This document shows, one piece after another, positions 23,756 through 32,000 of a stretch of 32,000 nucleotides of DNA (positions within the stretch are counted from its first letter, which is position 1; the number at the start of each line of letters is the position of its first letter). The notes under the pieces were generated by a model. The model was not told the DNA's origin and made no database searches. It saw nothing but the letters and a program-made list of their open reading frames with translations. The position numbers were made by a program, and so were the translations under genes. The stretch is from Bifidobacterium longum subsp. longum JCM 1217 (GTDB taxonomy: Bacteria > Actinomycetota > Actinomycetes > Actinomycetales > Bifidobacteriaceae), in NCBI RefSeq assembly GCF_000196555.1, contig NC_015067.1, positions 480,001-512,000 of the forward strand, written 5' to 3'.

Positions 23756-25006
23756 ATGACTGCTGTTGAATTCATTGAGCCGCTGACCCATGAGGAAGGC
23801 GTCTCGCAAGCTACCAAGCTGTTCGTCGACACCTACGGCGCTGCGCCCGAGGGCGTGTGGGCTGCTCCGGGCCGTGTGAACCTGATCGGTGAGCACACCG
23901 ATTACAACGCCGGCCTGTGCCTGCCGATCGCTCTGCCGCACCGCACCTTCATCGCTCTGAAGCCGCGCGAAGACACCAAGGTTCGCGTCGTCTCCGACGT
24001 GGCTCCCGACAAGGTTGCCGAAGCTGATCTCGATGGCCTCAAGGCCCGTGGCGTGGACGGCTGGTCCGCCTACCCGACCGGCGTGGCCTGGGCGCTGCGT
24101 GAAGCCGGCTTCGACAAGGTCAAGGGCTTTGACGCCGCTTTCGTCTCCTGCGTGCCGCTGGGCTCTGGCCTGAGCTCCTCCGCCGCCATGACCTGCTCCA
24201 CCGCTCTGGCTCTGGACGACGTGTACGGCCTTGGTTACGGCGATTCCGACGCCGGCCGCGTGACCCTCATCAACGCTGCCATCAAGTCCGAGAACGAGAT
24301 GGCCGGCGCTTCCACCGGTGGTCTTGACCAGAGCGCCTCCATGCGTTGCACCGAAGGCCACGCGCTGCTGCTCGACTGCCGCCCGGAGCTCACCCCGCTG
24401 GAGAACGTCTCCCAGCAGGAGTTCGATCTCGACAAGTACAACCTCGAATTGCTTGTGGTCGATACCCAGGCTCCGCACCAGCTCAACGATGGTCAGTACG
24501 CTCAGCGCCGCGCCACCTGCGAGCAGGCCGCGAAGATCCTCGGCGTGGCCAACCTGCGCGTCACCGCCGACGGCATCGCCAAGGCCGACGACCCGTTCCA
24601 GGCGCTCAAGGAGACGCTGGACGCGCTGCCGGACGAGACGATGAAGAAGCGCGTGCGCCATGTGGTCACCGAGATCGAGCGCGTGCGCTCCTTCGTGCGC
24701 GCCTTCGCCAGCGGCGACATCGAGGCCGCGGGCCGCCTGTTCAACGCCTCCCATGATTCGCTGGCCGCGGACTACGAGGTCACTGTGCCCGAGCTCGACG
24801 TGGCCGTGGACGTGGCCCGCAAGAACGGTGCCTACGGTGCGCGTATGACCGGCGGCGGCTTCGGTGGCTCCATCATCGCGTTGGTGGACAAGGGTCGTTC
24901 TCAGGAAGTCGCTCAGAAGATCGCCGACGAATTCGAAAAGCAAGGCTTCCACGCACCGCGCGCGCTTGCCGCGTACGCGGCGAAATCCGCTTCACGCGAG
25001 GCATGA
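23756..25006 (+). CDS. galK: Galactokinase
   Basis: Galactokinase signature GRVNLIGEHTDYN and the GHMP kinase motif PLGSGLSSSAA. Confidence 0.95.
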   Translation: MTAVEFIEPLTHEEGVSQATKLFVDTYGAAPEGVWAAPGRVNLIGEHTDYNAGLCLPIALPHRTFIALKPREDTKVRVVSDVAPDKVAEADLDGLKARGVDGWSAYPTGVAWALREAGFDKVKGFDAAFVSCVPLGSGLSSSAAMTCSTALALDDVYGLGYGDSDAGRVTLINAAIKSENEMAGASTGGLDQSASMRCTEGHALLLDCRPELTPLENVSQQEFDLDKYNLELLVVDTQAPHQLNDGQYAQRRATCEQAAKILGVANLRVTADGIAKADDPFQALKETLDALPDETMKKRVRHVVTEIERVRSFVRAFASGDIEAAGRLFNASHDSLAADYEVTVPELDVAVDVARKNGAYGARMTGGGFGGSIIALVDKGRSQEVAQKIADEFEKQGFHAPRALAAYAAKSASREA

Positions 25007-25028
25007 TAATAAATCACAATGCTAAATG

Positions 25029-25068
25029 GCGGGTGTCTTCCCTATACTTGGGTAGTCACCCGCTTTTT
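25029..25068 (+). terminator. Probable terminator after galK
   Basis: Stem GCGGGTG (25029-25035) / CACCCGC (25057-25063) with a long 21-nt loop, followed by TTTTT (25064-25068). Confidence 0.6.
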
Positions 25069-25088
25069 GTATACGACCAGGGAGAGCC

Positions 25089-25361
25089 ATGAACAAGGCA
25101 ATCATCACCGTCGTCGGTCAGGACACCGTCGGCATCATCGCGCGAGTCTGCACCTACCTGTCCCAGCACAACGTCAACGTGCTCGACATCTCGCAGACCA
25201 TCATCGACGGTTACTTCAACATGATGATGATTGTCGACTACGCCAACGCGGACAAGGACTTCGGCGCGATGGTCGGCAACCTTGAGGACCTCGGCGACGA
25301 CATCGGCGTGCGCATCCGCTGCCAGCGTGAGGAAATCTTCACCAAGATGCACCGTATTTGA
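25089..25361 (+). CDS. ACT-domain protein (UPF0237 family)
   Basis: A 90-aa protein: MNKAIITVVGQDTVGIIARVCTYLSQHNVNVLDISQTIIDGYFNMMMIVD. This is the typical stand-alone ACT protein that pairs with a UPF0210 gene. GGGAGAG SD lies upstream. Confidence 0.85.
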   Translation: MNKAIITVVGQDTVGIIARVCTYLSQHNVNVLDISQTIIDGYFNMMMIVDYANADKDFGAMVGNLEDLGDDIGVRIRCQREEIFTKMHRI

Positions 25362-25421
25362 GGCGGCCCGCTCAGCAGGCCGCCTCACGCGAGGAGGTGG
25401 AAAGCCCGGTGGGCTTTCCAC
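25360..25421 (+). other. Two strong GC-rich hairpins in the ACT-UPF0210 spacer (no U-tracts)
   Basis: GAGGCGGCC-n9-GGCCGCCTC (25360-25386, 9 bp, begins inside the ACT stop codon) and GTGGAAAGCCC-ggt-GGGCTTTCCAC (25397-25421, 11 bp). A third, smaller stem CCCTC-tgat-GAGGG lies at 25440-25453. Confidence 0.55.
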
Positions 25422-25496
25422 TGACGGAGCCATCCTTATCCCTCTGATGAGGGTGACCGCCAAACTAGTCTTTAAATATCCTGTAAGGAACAAACC

Positions 25497-26861
25497 ATGC
25501 TGAACATCATGGAGGTCCACGAGACCAATCAGATGATCGAGCAGGAGAAGCTCGACGTCCGCACCATCACCATGGGCATCTCGTTGCTCGACTGCGCCTC
25601 GGACGATGTCGACAAGACCTGCGACAACATCTACCGCAAGATCACCACCTATGCCAAGGACCTCGTTTCCACCGGCAAGGCCATCGAACGCGACTACGGC
25701 ATCCCGATCGTCAACAAGCGCATCACCGTCACCCCGATCTCACTGGTCGGTGCCAGCTCCTGCAAGACGAGCGAGGATTTCGTCAAGATCGCCCACGCGC
25801 TTGACAAGGCGGCCAAGGAAGTCGGCGTCGACCTGATCGGCGGCTACTCCGCACTCGTTTCCAAGTCCATGACCCCGGCCGAGGAGCTGCTCATCCGCTC
25901 CCTGCCGCAGGCTCTCTCCGAGACCGACATCGTCTGCTCGTCCGTGAACGTCGGCTCCACCAAGACCGGCATCGACATGAACGCGGTCGAACTGCTCGGC
26001 CATATCATCAAGGACGTTGCCGAGCGTACCGCCGACAACGACTCCTACGGCTGCGTCAAGTTCGTGGCCTTCTGCAACGTGCCTGACGACAACCCGTTTA
26101 TGGCCGGAGGCTTCCACGGCGTCACCGAGGGCGACGCGGTCATCAACGTCGGTGTCTCCGGCCCCGGCGTGGTCTCCCGCGCACTCGATGCGGCCAAGGG
26201 CAAGGACTTCGAGTTCCTGTGCGAGACCATCAAGCGCACCGCGTTCAAGATCACGCGCGTCGGCCAGCTTGTGGCCCAGGAAGCATCCCGCCGCCTCGGC
26301 ATTCCGTTCGGCATCATCGACCTGTCGCTCGCCCCGACCCCGGCTGTGGGCGACTCCGTGGGCGAAGTGCTAGAGAAGATCGGCCTCGAACAGGTCGGCG
26401 CTCCCGGCACCACGGCGGCGCTCGCCATGCTCAACGACCAGGTCAAGAAGGGCGGCATCATGGCGTCCTCCTACGTGGGCGGCCTGTCCGGCGCGTTCAT
26501 CCCGGTCTCCGAAGACAAGAACATGATCGACGCGGCTTCTTCCGATTGCCTGACCATCGAGAAGCTCGAAGCCATGACCTGCGTGTGCTCGGTGGGCCTC
26601 GACATGATCGCCATTCCGGGCGATACCTCTGCTTCCACCATCTCCGGCCTGATCGCCGACGAGGCCGCCATCGGCATGGTCAACCAGAAGACTACCGCCG
26701 TGCGCGTGATCCCGGTTGCCGGCAAGGGCGTGGGCGAGATGGCGAACTTCGGCGGCCTGATGGGCTACGCGCCCATCATGCCGGTCAACCAGACCAGCTG
26801 CGAGGCCTTTGTGACCCGTGGCGGTCGTATTCCCGCTCCGATTCACAGCTTCAAGAACTGA
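25497..26861 (+). CDS. UPF0210 / DUF711 'PFL-family' protein of unknown function
   Basis: A 454-aa protein whose N-terminus ([33 protein letters not shown]...) and length match my memory of this family. AAGGAA SD lies 7 nt upstream. Confidence 0.88.
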   Translation: MLNIMEVHETNQMIEQEKLDVRTITMGISLLDCASDDVDKTCDNIYRKITTYAKDLVSTGKAIERDYGIPIVNKRITVTPISLVGASSCKTSEDFVKIAHALDKAAKEVGVDLIGGYSALVSKSMTPAEELLIRSLPQALSETDIVCSSVNVGSTKTGIDMNAVELLGHIIKDVAERTADNDSYGCVKFVAFCNVPDDNPFMAGGFHGVTEGDAVINVGVSGPGVVSRALDAAKGKDFEFLCETIKRTAFKITRVGQLVAQEASRRLGIPFGIIDLSLAPTPAVGDSVGEVLEKIGLEQVGAPGTTAALAMLNDQVKKGGIMASSYVGGLSGAFIPVSEDKNMIDAASSDCLTIEKLEAMTCVCSVGLDMIAIPGDTSASTISGLIADEAAIGMVNQKTTAVRVIPVAGKGVGEMANFGGLMGYAPIMPVNQTSCEAFVTRGGRIPAPIHSFKN

Positions 26862-26869
26862 TTCAGTAG

Positions 26870-26928
26870 GGTATCTGCCTTCAAAGAGGTACATTTGCGC
26901 AGATAGGTATCTGCTTTCAGAGGGGTAC
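26870..26928. repeat. 23-nt direct repeat GGTATCTGCYTTCARAGRGGTAC x2
   Basis: Copies at 26870-26892 and 26906-26928 match at 20 of 23 positions by hand alignment. TATCTGC (26872-26878) can also pair with GCAGATA (26899-26905). Confidence 0.7.
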
Positions 26929-26937
26929 CTCAATCAA

Positions 26938-26987
26938 GAAACCCCGAGTACAAGCGTTGATATTTCAACGCCTATACTCGGGGTTTC
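26938..26987. terminator. Long compound hairpin between the UPF0210 gene and trmL (convergent)
   Basis: GAAACCCCGAGTA-caa-GCGTTGA-tatt-TCAACGC-cta-TACTCGGGGTTTC has 13-bp and 7-bp stems. The T-tracts on both sides are weak. Confidence 0.6.
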
Positions 26988-26996
26988 GTCCTTTAA

Positions 26997-27063
26997 CAGC
27001 CCCTCGAAGCGGCAATAGACCTCCGGCAGATGCCAAATCAGCCCCTCGAAGCGCCGATAGACC
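26997..27063. repeat. 25-nt direct repeat CAGCCCCTCGAAGCGSCRATAGACC x2
   Basis: Copies at 26997-27021 and 27039-27063 match at 23 of 25 positions by hand alignment and are spaced 42 nt apart. Confidence 0.75.
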
Positions 27064-27145
27064 CATTTTCTGCGATGATGGTCGTGCTGCGAGGCTCAGG
27101 GTTTCCTCTCTCACGCCTGTCGGCGTTCGTTCGGCGTCGCTACTC

Positions 27146-27164
27146 GAAGGCCCACCGGGCCTTC
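27146..27164 (-). terminator. Hairpin GAAGGCCC-acc-GGGCCTTC immediately after the trmL stop (no U-tract)
   Basis: A perfect 8-bp stem lies 3 nt downstream of the trmL stop codon (27168-27170) on the minus strand. Confidence 0.4.
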
Positions 27165-27167
27165 TCC

Positions 27168-27830
27168 TCAGCGCCCTCCAGCGAAGTTGAGTTGGCGCCA
27201 GGCTTCGTAGATGGCGATGGACGCGCAATTGGTGAGGTTCAGGGAACGCAAGGACGGGCGCATGGGCAGTCGCACTTGTTCGGCCACATGAGGGCCCTCC
27301 ATGATGTCCATCGGGTCGGGGATGTCGCCGGGCTCGGGGCCGAACAGCAGGATGTCGGTCGGCTTGTATTCCACCTCGGTGTACAGCTTGGTAGCATGTG
27401 CGGTGAACGCGATGATGCGCGAATTGGGCATGGACTCCACCAGGTTGTCGAAATTCGGGTGCAGCACCACGTGGGCCATGTCGTGGTAGTCGAGGCCTGC
27501 TCGGCGCAGCTTGGTGTCGCGCAGGTTGAAACCCAACGGCTCCACCAAATGCAGGATGGTGCCGGTCACCGCGCACAGGCGGATGGCCGAGCCGGTGTTG
27601 CCGGGAATGCGCGGTGAGTAGTAGCACAGATGCGGTGTTACGGTTTCGGTGGTGGCGGCCTTTTCAGCCGAGAGCATCGCGTCCACCACGGAGATGGGGT
27701 TGCCATGCGCGTCGGTTACGAGTTCGTCCGGTCCGTAATTCGATTTACGGTACCCGTACTCGAACATCTTCTCGACTTTTGTTTCGGGATTCTGTGCGTT
27801 CTGCGAATTCTGTTCTGCTTCGTTCGTCAT
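27168..27830 (-). CDS. trmL: tRNA (cytidine/uridine-2'-O)-methyltransferase TrmL (SpoU family) with N-terminal extension
   Basis: The core begins at ...HLCYYSPRIPGNTGSAIRLCAVTG, with LLFGPE and SLNLTNCASIAIYEAWRQ motifs. The start is uncertain, with in-frame ATGs at 27830, 27767 and 27677. The ORF-track start at 27917 would overlap mutY. Confidence 0.85.
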   Translation of the reverse strand: MTNEAEQNSQNAQNPETKVEKMFEYGYRKSNYGPDELVTDAHGNPISVVDAMLSAEKAATTETVTPHLCYYSPRIPGNTGSAIRLCAVTGTILHLVEPLGFNLRDTKLRRAGLDYHDMAHVVLHPNFDNLVESMPNSRIIAFTAHATKLYTEVEYKPTDILLFGPEPGDIPDPMDIMEGPHVAEQVRLPMRPSLRSLNLTNCASIAIYEAWRQLNFAGGR

Positions 27831-27850
27831 AGCTGCTAAGAATAAGAACG

Positions 27851-28837
27851 ATGAACGACACAGCAATTTCTTTGCGATTGGGCGCATGGTGGGAGGCCAA
27901 TGCGCGCGATTTGCCATGGCGCTTCGGCCGGGCCACGCCGTGGGGCGTGCTGGTATCCGAAGTCATGAGCCAGCAGACGCAGATGAGCCGTGTAGTGCCG
28001 TACTGGACCGACTGGATGGAACGTTGGCCCGACGCCCGCGCCCTCGCCGAGGCCCCCAAGGCCGAGGTGATCACCGCATGGGGGCGGCTCGGCTATCCAC
28101 GCCGCGCATTGCGGTTACAGGAATGCGCCCGCGTGGTGGCTGAAGATTACGCCGACAAACTGCCGCGCACGTATGACGAACTCACTGCATTGCCCGGCAT
28201 CGGCGATTACACCGCCTCCGCGGTGATGAGCTTTGCGTTCGGCGAACGAATTGCCGTGATCGATACCAACATTCGCCGCGTGCTGAGCCGCGTGTTCCTG
28301 GGCGTCGAATCGCGCGGGGGAGCGACCAGCCCGGCCGAACGCGCGCTGGCGAACCGCATGCTGCCCAAAGACGAGATTCTCGGGTGCGATGCTGACGTCG
28401 CCGATAATGCCGGTAGCGCCGAACATGTCGTGAACAGCACTATCCGTGGCGGCAAACGCTCTCGACTGCATCGTGGCGAGCGCCCATCGGTCACGTGGAA
28501 CCAGTCGGTGATGGAACTGGGCGCGGTGATCTGCACGGCCAAGTCGCCGCTGTGCGACACCTGCCCGATTGCGGACGACTGTGCATTTCTCAAGGCCGGC
28601 CGCCCCGGACTGGGGGAGCGCCGCACCCGCCCACGCCAACGATTCCAAGGCACGGATCGACAGGTGCGCGGTCTGGTGCTCGCCGCGCTGCGCGAGCTTC
28701 CCGCTGGAGCCACGTTGCCCAGGGAAGATGCCGACAAGCTTTGGAAGGACCAGATTCAGCTTGCCGCCTGCATCGCCAGCCTTGACGATGACGGCCTGAT
28801 AGAGATTCTGGACGGCGGCCTGCGACTACCCAGCTGA
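27851..28837 (+). CDS. mutY: A/G-specific adenine DNA glycosylase
   Basis: LPWR...PWGVLVSEVMSQQTQ, an HhH-GPD motif (LPGIGDYTASAVMSFAF) and a 4Fe-4S cluster loop (CTAKSPLCDTCPIADDC). The C-terminal domain is Nudix-like. Confidence 0.9.
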   Translation: MNDTAISLRLGAWWEANARDLPWRFGRATPWGVLVSEVMSQQTQMSRVVPYWTDWMERWPDARALAEAPKAEVITAWGRLGYPRRALRLQECARVVAEDYADKLPRTYDELTALPGIGDYTASAVMSFAFGERIAVIDTNIRRVLSRVFLGVESRGGATSPAERALANRMLPKDEILGCDADVADNAGSAEHVVNSTIRGGKRSRLHRGERPSVTWNQSVMELGAVICTAKSPLCDTCPIADDCAFLKAGRPGLGERRTRPRQRFQGTDRQVRGLVLAALRELPAGATLPREDADKLWKDQIQLAACIASLDDDGLIEILDGGLRLPS

Positions 28838-28901
28838 CATTGTGAAAAATGGTGGGCTCCCCAAGCGTGTATGGGCGTGGTGACCGTAGACTGGAAGAGT
28901 T

Positions 28902-29624
28902 ATGGCAGTGCAGAGGAACACATCAGGCGCGAGAACGGCACGCGGAGCCGGCACCGGGGCCAATGGGCCATCCGGCGGGCCCTCCCAAAACAACCGTTCC
29001 GGCAAGCCGCGCAAGCGCAGGATCAGCAAAAAGCAGCAGGCCATCTATCGTCGTCGGCGTATCGTGGCCGGTACGGTGCTGCTGCTGATAATCGCGCTGA
29101 TTGTATTCTGCGTGTATAGCCTTGGCCGGGGTATCGGTGCCGTGAACTCGATGATCCACCATGACGAGGTGTATGCGATTTCCCGCGACGCCACGCCGGC
29201 GCCGAAGAAAGTCAGCAACGTCAAGGATTGCTCGGCCAGTGATGTGACATTGCAGCTTTCCGCGGCCTCCCAATCCGTGCCGGTAGGAGGATCGCTTGAT
29301 TTCACCGCGACCATCGTGCACGAGGGGTCAGGCAACTGTTTAGTGGACGGGTCCGATTCCGGCCGTGTGCTCACCATTACTTCCGGTCAGGAAACGATTT
29401 ACAAGTCCGATGTGTGCCCGGCGGATTCACGTCTGCTGCTGATGGCTAAGGGCGATAAGGACGTTCAGAAGGTCACGTGGAATACCAATGCGAACGCCAC
29501 GCTCGCCAAATGCACGGATGAGTCAGGTTGGGCCAAAGTCAATGCGGGAACGTACGTGGCGCAGCTGAGTTTGAAGGATCATCCGAAGGTGAAGAGCGAT
29601 CCGGTGACGTTTACGGTGCAGTAA
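28902..29624 (+). CDS. Single-pass membrane protein with Cys-containing extracytoplasmic domain (DUF4232-like)
   Basis: It has an Arg/Lys-rich cytoplasmic N-terminus, one TM segment (IVAGTVLLLIIALIVFCVYSL) and a ~150-aa beta-rich ectodomain with four Cys (DCSASD, GNCLVDG, DVCPAD, AKCTDE). The family name is from memory only. Confidence 0.7.
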   Translation: MAVQRNTSGARTARGAGTGANGPSGGPSQNNRSGKPRKRRISKKQQAIYRRRRIVAGTVLLLIIALIVFCVYSLGRGIGAVNSMIHHDEVYAISRDATPAPKKVSNVKDCSASDVTLQLSAASQSVPVGGSLDFTATIVHEGSGNCLVDGSDSGRVLTITSGQETIYKSDVCPADSRLLLMAKGDKDVQKVTWNTNANATLAKCTDESGWAKVNAGTYVAQLSLKDHPKVKSDPVTFTVQ

Positions 29625-29648
29625 AAGTCTTGCCTTAGCGCTATTCTT

Positions 29649-29677
29649 TTGACTTTGCATGAGGTGTGTCATATTGC
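29649..29677 (+). promoter_or_regulatory. Candidate rpoB promoter
   Basis: TTGACT (29649-29654) followed 15-17 nt later by CATATTGC (-10-like). This would give a ~100-nt leader before the rpoB start. Confidence 0.4.
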
Positions 29678-29778
29678 GGGCATGCCGTCGACAATGAAGC
29701 GTCCGCATAGGCATATGGTGGCCATGCCGGCGCTCCCAGGGGAATTACCACATATTAGCGAGCGATAAGGAACGTCCA

Positions 29779-32000
29779 TTGGCTACTGAGTCTACGACGA
29801 ACACCACCACCATCATCGCACGCGCCGACCAGCATGATATTGACCTGCACAAGGCGTCGGATCGCGTGAACTTCGGTTCCATCAAGGAACCCATCGATGT
29901 GCCCTACCTGCTGGGCGTGCAGACCGACAGCTTCGATTGGCTGATCGGCAACGAACGCTGGAAGGCGCGCGTCGAGGAGGACGAAAAGAACGGCACTAAC
30001 ACCGTGGCCCACACCTCCGGCCTCGATGAGGTCTTCAACGAGATCTCTCCGATCGAGAACTTCGCTCAGACCATGAGCCTGACCTTCTCCGATCCGTACT
30101 TCGAAGAGCCGCGTCACACCGTGCAGGAATGCAAGGAGAAGGATTACACCTACTCCGCACCGCTGTACGTGAATGCCGAGTTCGAGAACGGCGACACCGG
30201 CGAGATCAAGTCCCAGACCGTGTTCATGGGCGATTTCCCGCTGCAGACCCCGCACGGTACCTTCATCATCGGCGGCACCGAGCGAGTCATCGTCTCCCAG
30301 CTCGTGCGTTCCCCGGGCGTCTACTTCGACCGCCAGCAGGATCGCACCTCCGATAAGGAAGTCTTCGGCGCGAAGATCATCCCGAGCCGTGGTGCATGGC
30401 TCGAGTTCGAGATCGATAAGAAAGACCAGCCGCAGGTGCGCGTGGACCGCAAGCGCAAGCAGTCCGCCATCGTGTTCCTCATGGCCATCGGCATGACCAA
30501 GTCCGAGATCGCCCAGGCATTCAAGGACTACCCGCTGGTGCTCGACGCACTGGAGAAGGAAACCCTCGAGACCCAGGACGAGGCCCTCGTTGACCTCTAC
30601 CGCAAGATTCGTCCGGCCGACACCCCGACCCCCGAGGCCGGCAAGAATCTGCTGGACTCCTTCTACTTCAACACCAAGCGCTACGATCTGGCCCGTGTTG
30701 GCCGCTACAAGATCAACCGCAAGCTGGGTGTCGAGGCCGATTTCAACGATCGTTCCCTCCACCAGGAAGACATCATCGCCACAATCAAGTACCTGGTGGC
30801 CCTGCACGACGGTGCGGCGACCTTCCCGGGCAAGCGCAACGGCGAAGACGTTGACCTGCGCGTGGACGTCGACGATATCGATCACTTCGGCAACCGTCGT
30901 ATCCGCCAGGTCGGCGAGCTGATTCAGAACCAGCTGCGTACCGGTCTGAGCCGTATGGAGCGCGTGGTGCGCGAGCGTATGACCACTCAGGACGCCGAGG
31001 CCATCACCCCGCAGTCCCTGATCAACATCCGTCCGGTGAACGCCACCATCAAGGAGTTCTTCGGCACTTCCCAGCTCTCCCAGTTCATGGATCAGAACAA
31101 CCCGCTGTCCGGTGTGACGAACAAGCGTCGTCTTTCCGCACTGGGCCCCGGCGGTCTGTCCCGCGACCGCGCCTCCATGGAGGTGCGCGACGTGCACCCG
31201 TCCCACTTCGGCCGTATGTGCCCGATCGAGTCTCCTGAAGGCCCGAACATCGGTCTGATCGGCTCCCTGGCAACCTTCGGCCGCGTCAACCCGTTCGGCT
31301 TCATCGAGACCCCGTACCGCAAGGTCGTCAACGGCCACGTGACCGACGAGGTCGAGTACATGACCGCTGACCGCGATCTTGACCACGTCATTGCCCAGGC
31401 CAACCAGGAGCTCGACGAGAACGGCAACTTCGTGCAGAAGTCCGCCCTTGCCCGAGTCGGCGAAGAAGAGGCGGTCGATGTGCCGGTGAGCTCCGTGGAC
31501 TACATGGACGTCTCCCCGCGCCAGATGGTCTCCCTCGGCGCCTCCCTGATTCCGTTCCTGGAGCATGATGAGGGCCACCGTGCACTGATGGGTACCAACA
31601 TGCAGCGTCAGGCCGTGCCGCTGATCGAATCCGAGCGCCCGCTGGTGGGCACCGGCTCCGAATGGCGCGCCGCCAACGACTCCGGCGACGTCATCAAGTC
31701 CGAGAAGGACGGTGTGGTTACCTACGTGTCCGCCGACCTGATCCGCGTGATGAACGACGACGGCACCACCAGCTCCTACAAGCTGGCCAAGTTCCAGCGC
31801 TCCAACCAGACCACCTGCTACAACCAGCGCCCGATCGTCCACGACGGCGAGCGTGTGGAAGCCGGCTCGGTTATGGCTGACGGCCCCGCCATCCAGAACG
31901 GCGACCTGGCCCTGGGCAAGAACCTGCTCATCGCCTTCATGCCGTGGAACGGCTACAACTACGAGGATGCTGTGATCATCTCCCAGCGCCTCGTGCAGGA
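29779..32000 (+). CDS. rpoB: DNA-directed RNA polymerase subunit beta (5' part; continues beyond the window)
   Basis: The translation reads (L/M)ATESTTNTT...[27 protein letters not shown]...[35 protein letters not shown]...[15 protein letters not shown]...[20 protein letters not shown] 29779 is the first possible start after an in-frame TGA at 29695, with AAGGAA 6 nt upstream. There is no stop before 32000. Confidence 0.97.
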   Translation, partial: MATESTTNTTTIIARADQHDIDLHKASDRVNFGSIKEPIDVPYLLGVQTDSFDWLIGNERWKARVEEDEKNGTNTVAHTSGLDEVFNEISPIENFAQTMSLTFSDPYFEEPRHTVQECKEKDYTYSAPLYVNAEFENGDTGEIKSQTVFMGDFPLQTPHGTFIIGGTERVIVSQLVRSPGVYFDRQQDRTSDKEVFGAKIIPSRGAWLEFEIDKKDQPQVRVDRKRKQSAIVFLMAIGMTKSEIAQAFKDYPLVLDALEKETLETQDEALVDLYRKIRPADTPTPEAGKNLLDSFYFNTKRYDLARVGRYKINRKLGVEADFNDRSLHQEDIIATIKYLVALHDGAATFPGKRNGEDVDLRVDVDDIDHFGNRRIRQVGELIQNQLRTGLSRMERVVRERMTTQDAEAITPQSLINIRPVNATIKEFFGTSQLSQFMDQNNPLSGVTNKRRLSALGPGGLSRDRASMEVRDVHPSHFGRMCPIESPEGPNIGLIGSLATFGRVNPFGFIETPYRKVVNGHVTDEVEYMTADRDLDHVIAQANQELDENGNFVQKSALARVGEEEAVDVPVSSVDYMDVSPRQMVSLGASLIPFLEHDEGHRALMGTNMQRQAVPLIESERPLVGTGSEWRAANDSGDVIKSEKDGVVTYVSADLIRVMNDDGTTSSYKLAKFQRSNQTTCYNQRPIVHDGERVEAGSVMADGPAIQNGDLALGKNLLIAFMPWNGYNYEDAVIISQRLVQ

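Noticed and set aside
5373-24952. Other long antisense or alternative-frame ORFs: 5373..6272-, 7873..9225-, 10295..11731-, 11735..12739-, 12837..13994-, 16049..17449-, 21753..22367-, 22381..23832-, 23753..24952-, and the many 60-200 aa frame-shifted ORFs
   Set aside because: Each overlaps a gene with strong family motifs on the other strand or in another frame. Their compositions (R/G/A/H/P-rich) are what high GC3 on the true frame produces.
26957-27190. 77-aa plus-strand ORF with an internally repeated peptide (APRSGNRPP / APRSADRP)
   Set aside because: The peptide repeat is just the translation of the 25-nt DNA direct repeat. There is no SD, and the ORF runs through the hairpins into trmL on the opposite strand.
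29755-31842. 695-aa ORF on the minus strand
   Set aside because: It lies entirely antisense to rpoB, whose translation is unmistakable. The ORF's protein is a low-complexity G/A/V/H/L-rich string typical of a GC-driven shadow ORF.
1-32000. Searched for mobile elements, prophage, integrases, toxin-antitoxin pairs, restriction-modification or other defence genes
   Set aside because: No ORF shows transposase, integrase, recombinase, nuclease, ATPase or methyltransferase (other than TrmL) signatures. The low-GC left end has no terminal repeats or att-like duplications that I could find.

Overview
This is a high-GC actinobacterial chromosome segment. Protein sequences and gene order (deoR-galT-galK, a DUF348/G5 cell-wall hydrolase, an ACT+UPF0210 pair, stand-alone rpoB) look like Bifidobacterium; that is inference from memory, with no search run. 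I call 28 well-supported protein-coding genes plus 1 doubtful small ORF; rpoB runs off the right edge. I saw no rRNA or tRNA, no CRISPR, no transposase, integrase or phage genes, and no recognisable defence or toxin-antitoxin system. From about 3.8 kb to 32 kb the content is ordinary housekeeping: trxA, an alpha/beta hydrolase, nudC, gcvH, an App1-like phosphatase, ptrB, leuB, lplA, a Crp-family regulator, PBP1A, an OYE reductase, pyrD, galT/galK, trmL, mutY and rpoB. The only accessory-looking part is the visibly lower-GC left ~3.7 kb. It holds an orphan basic-tailed protein, an LMW-PTP, a small anchored surface protein and an XRE + 4-TM pair, along with iteron-like repeats and a ~300 nt hairpin-rich non-coding stretch. 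I did not find a convincing new multi-gene system. The best candidates for a second look are: (1) the non-coding stretch and the orphan AT-hook-like protein at 436-1464; (2) gcvH plus a circularly permuted lplA with no visible lipoyl-dependent partner; (3) the ACT/UPF0210 module with a structured spacer; (4) a nested 19-bp-periodic palindromic repeat between convergent genes at 20.0-20.16 kb; (5) a repeat-rich spacer at 26.86-27.17 kb; (6) a run of genes with leaderless-type promoters. The many long ORFs antisense to real genes are GC-driven shadow ORFs.
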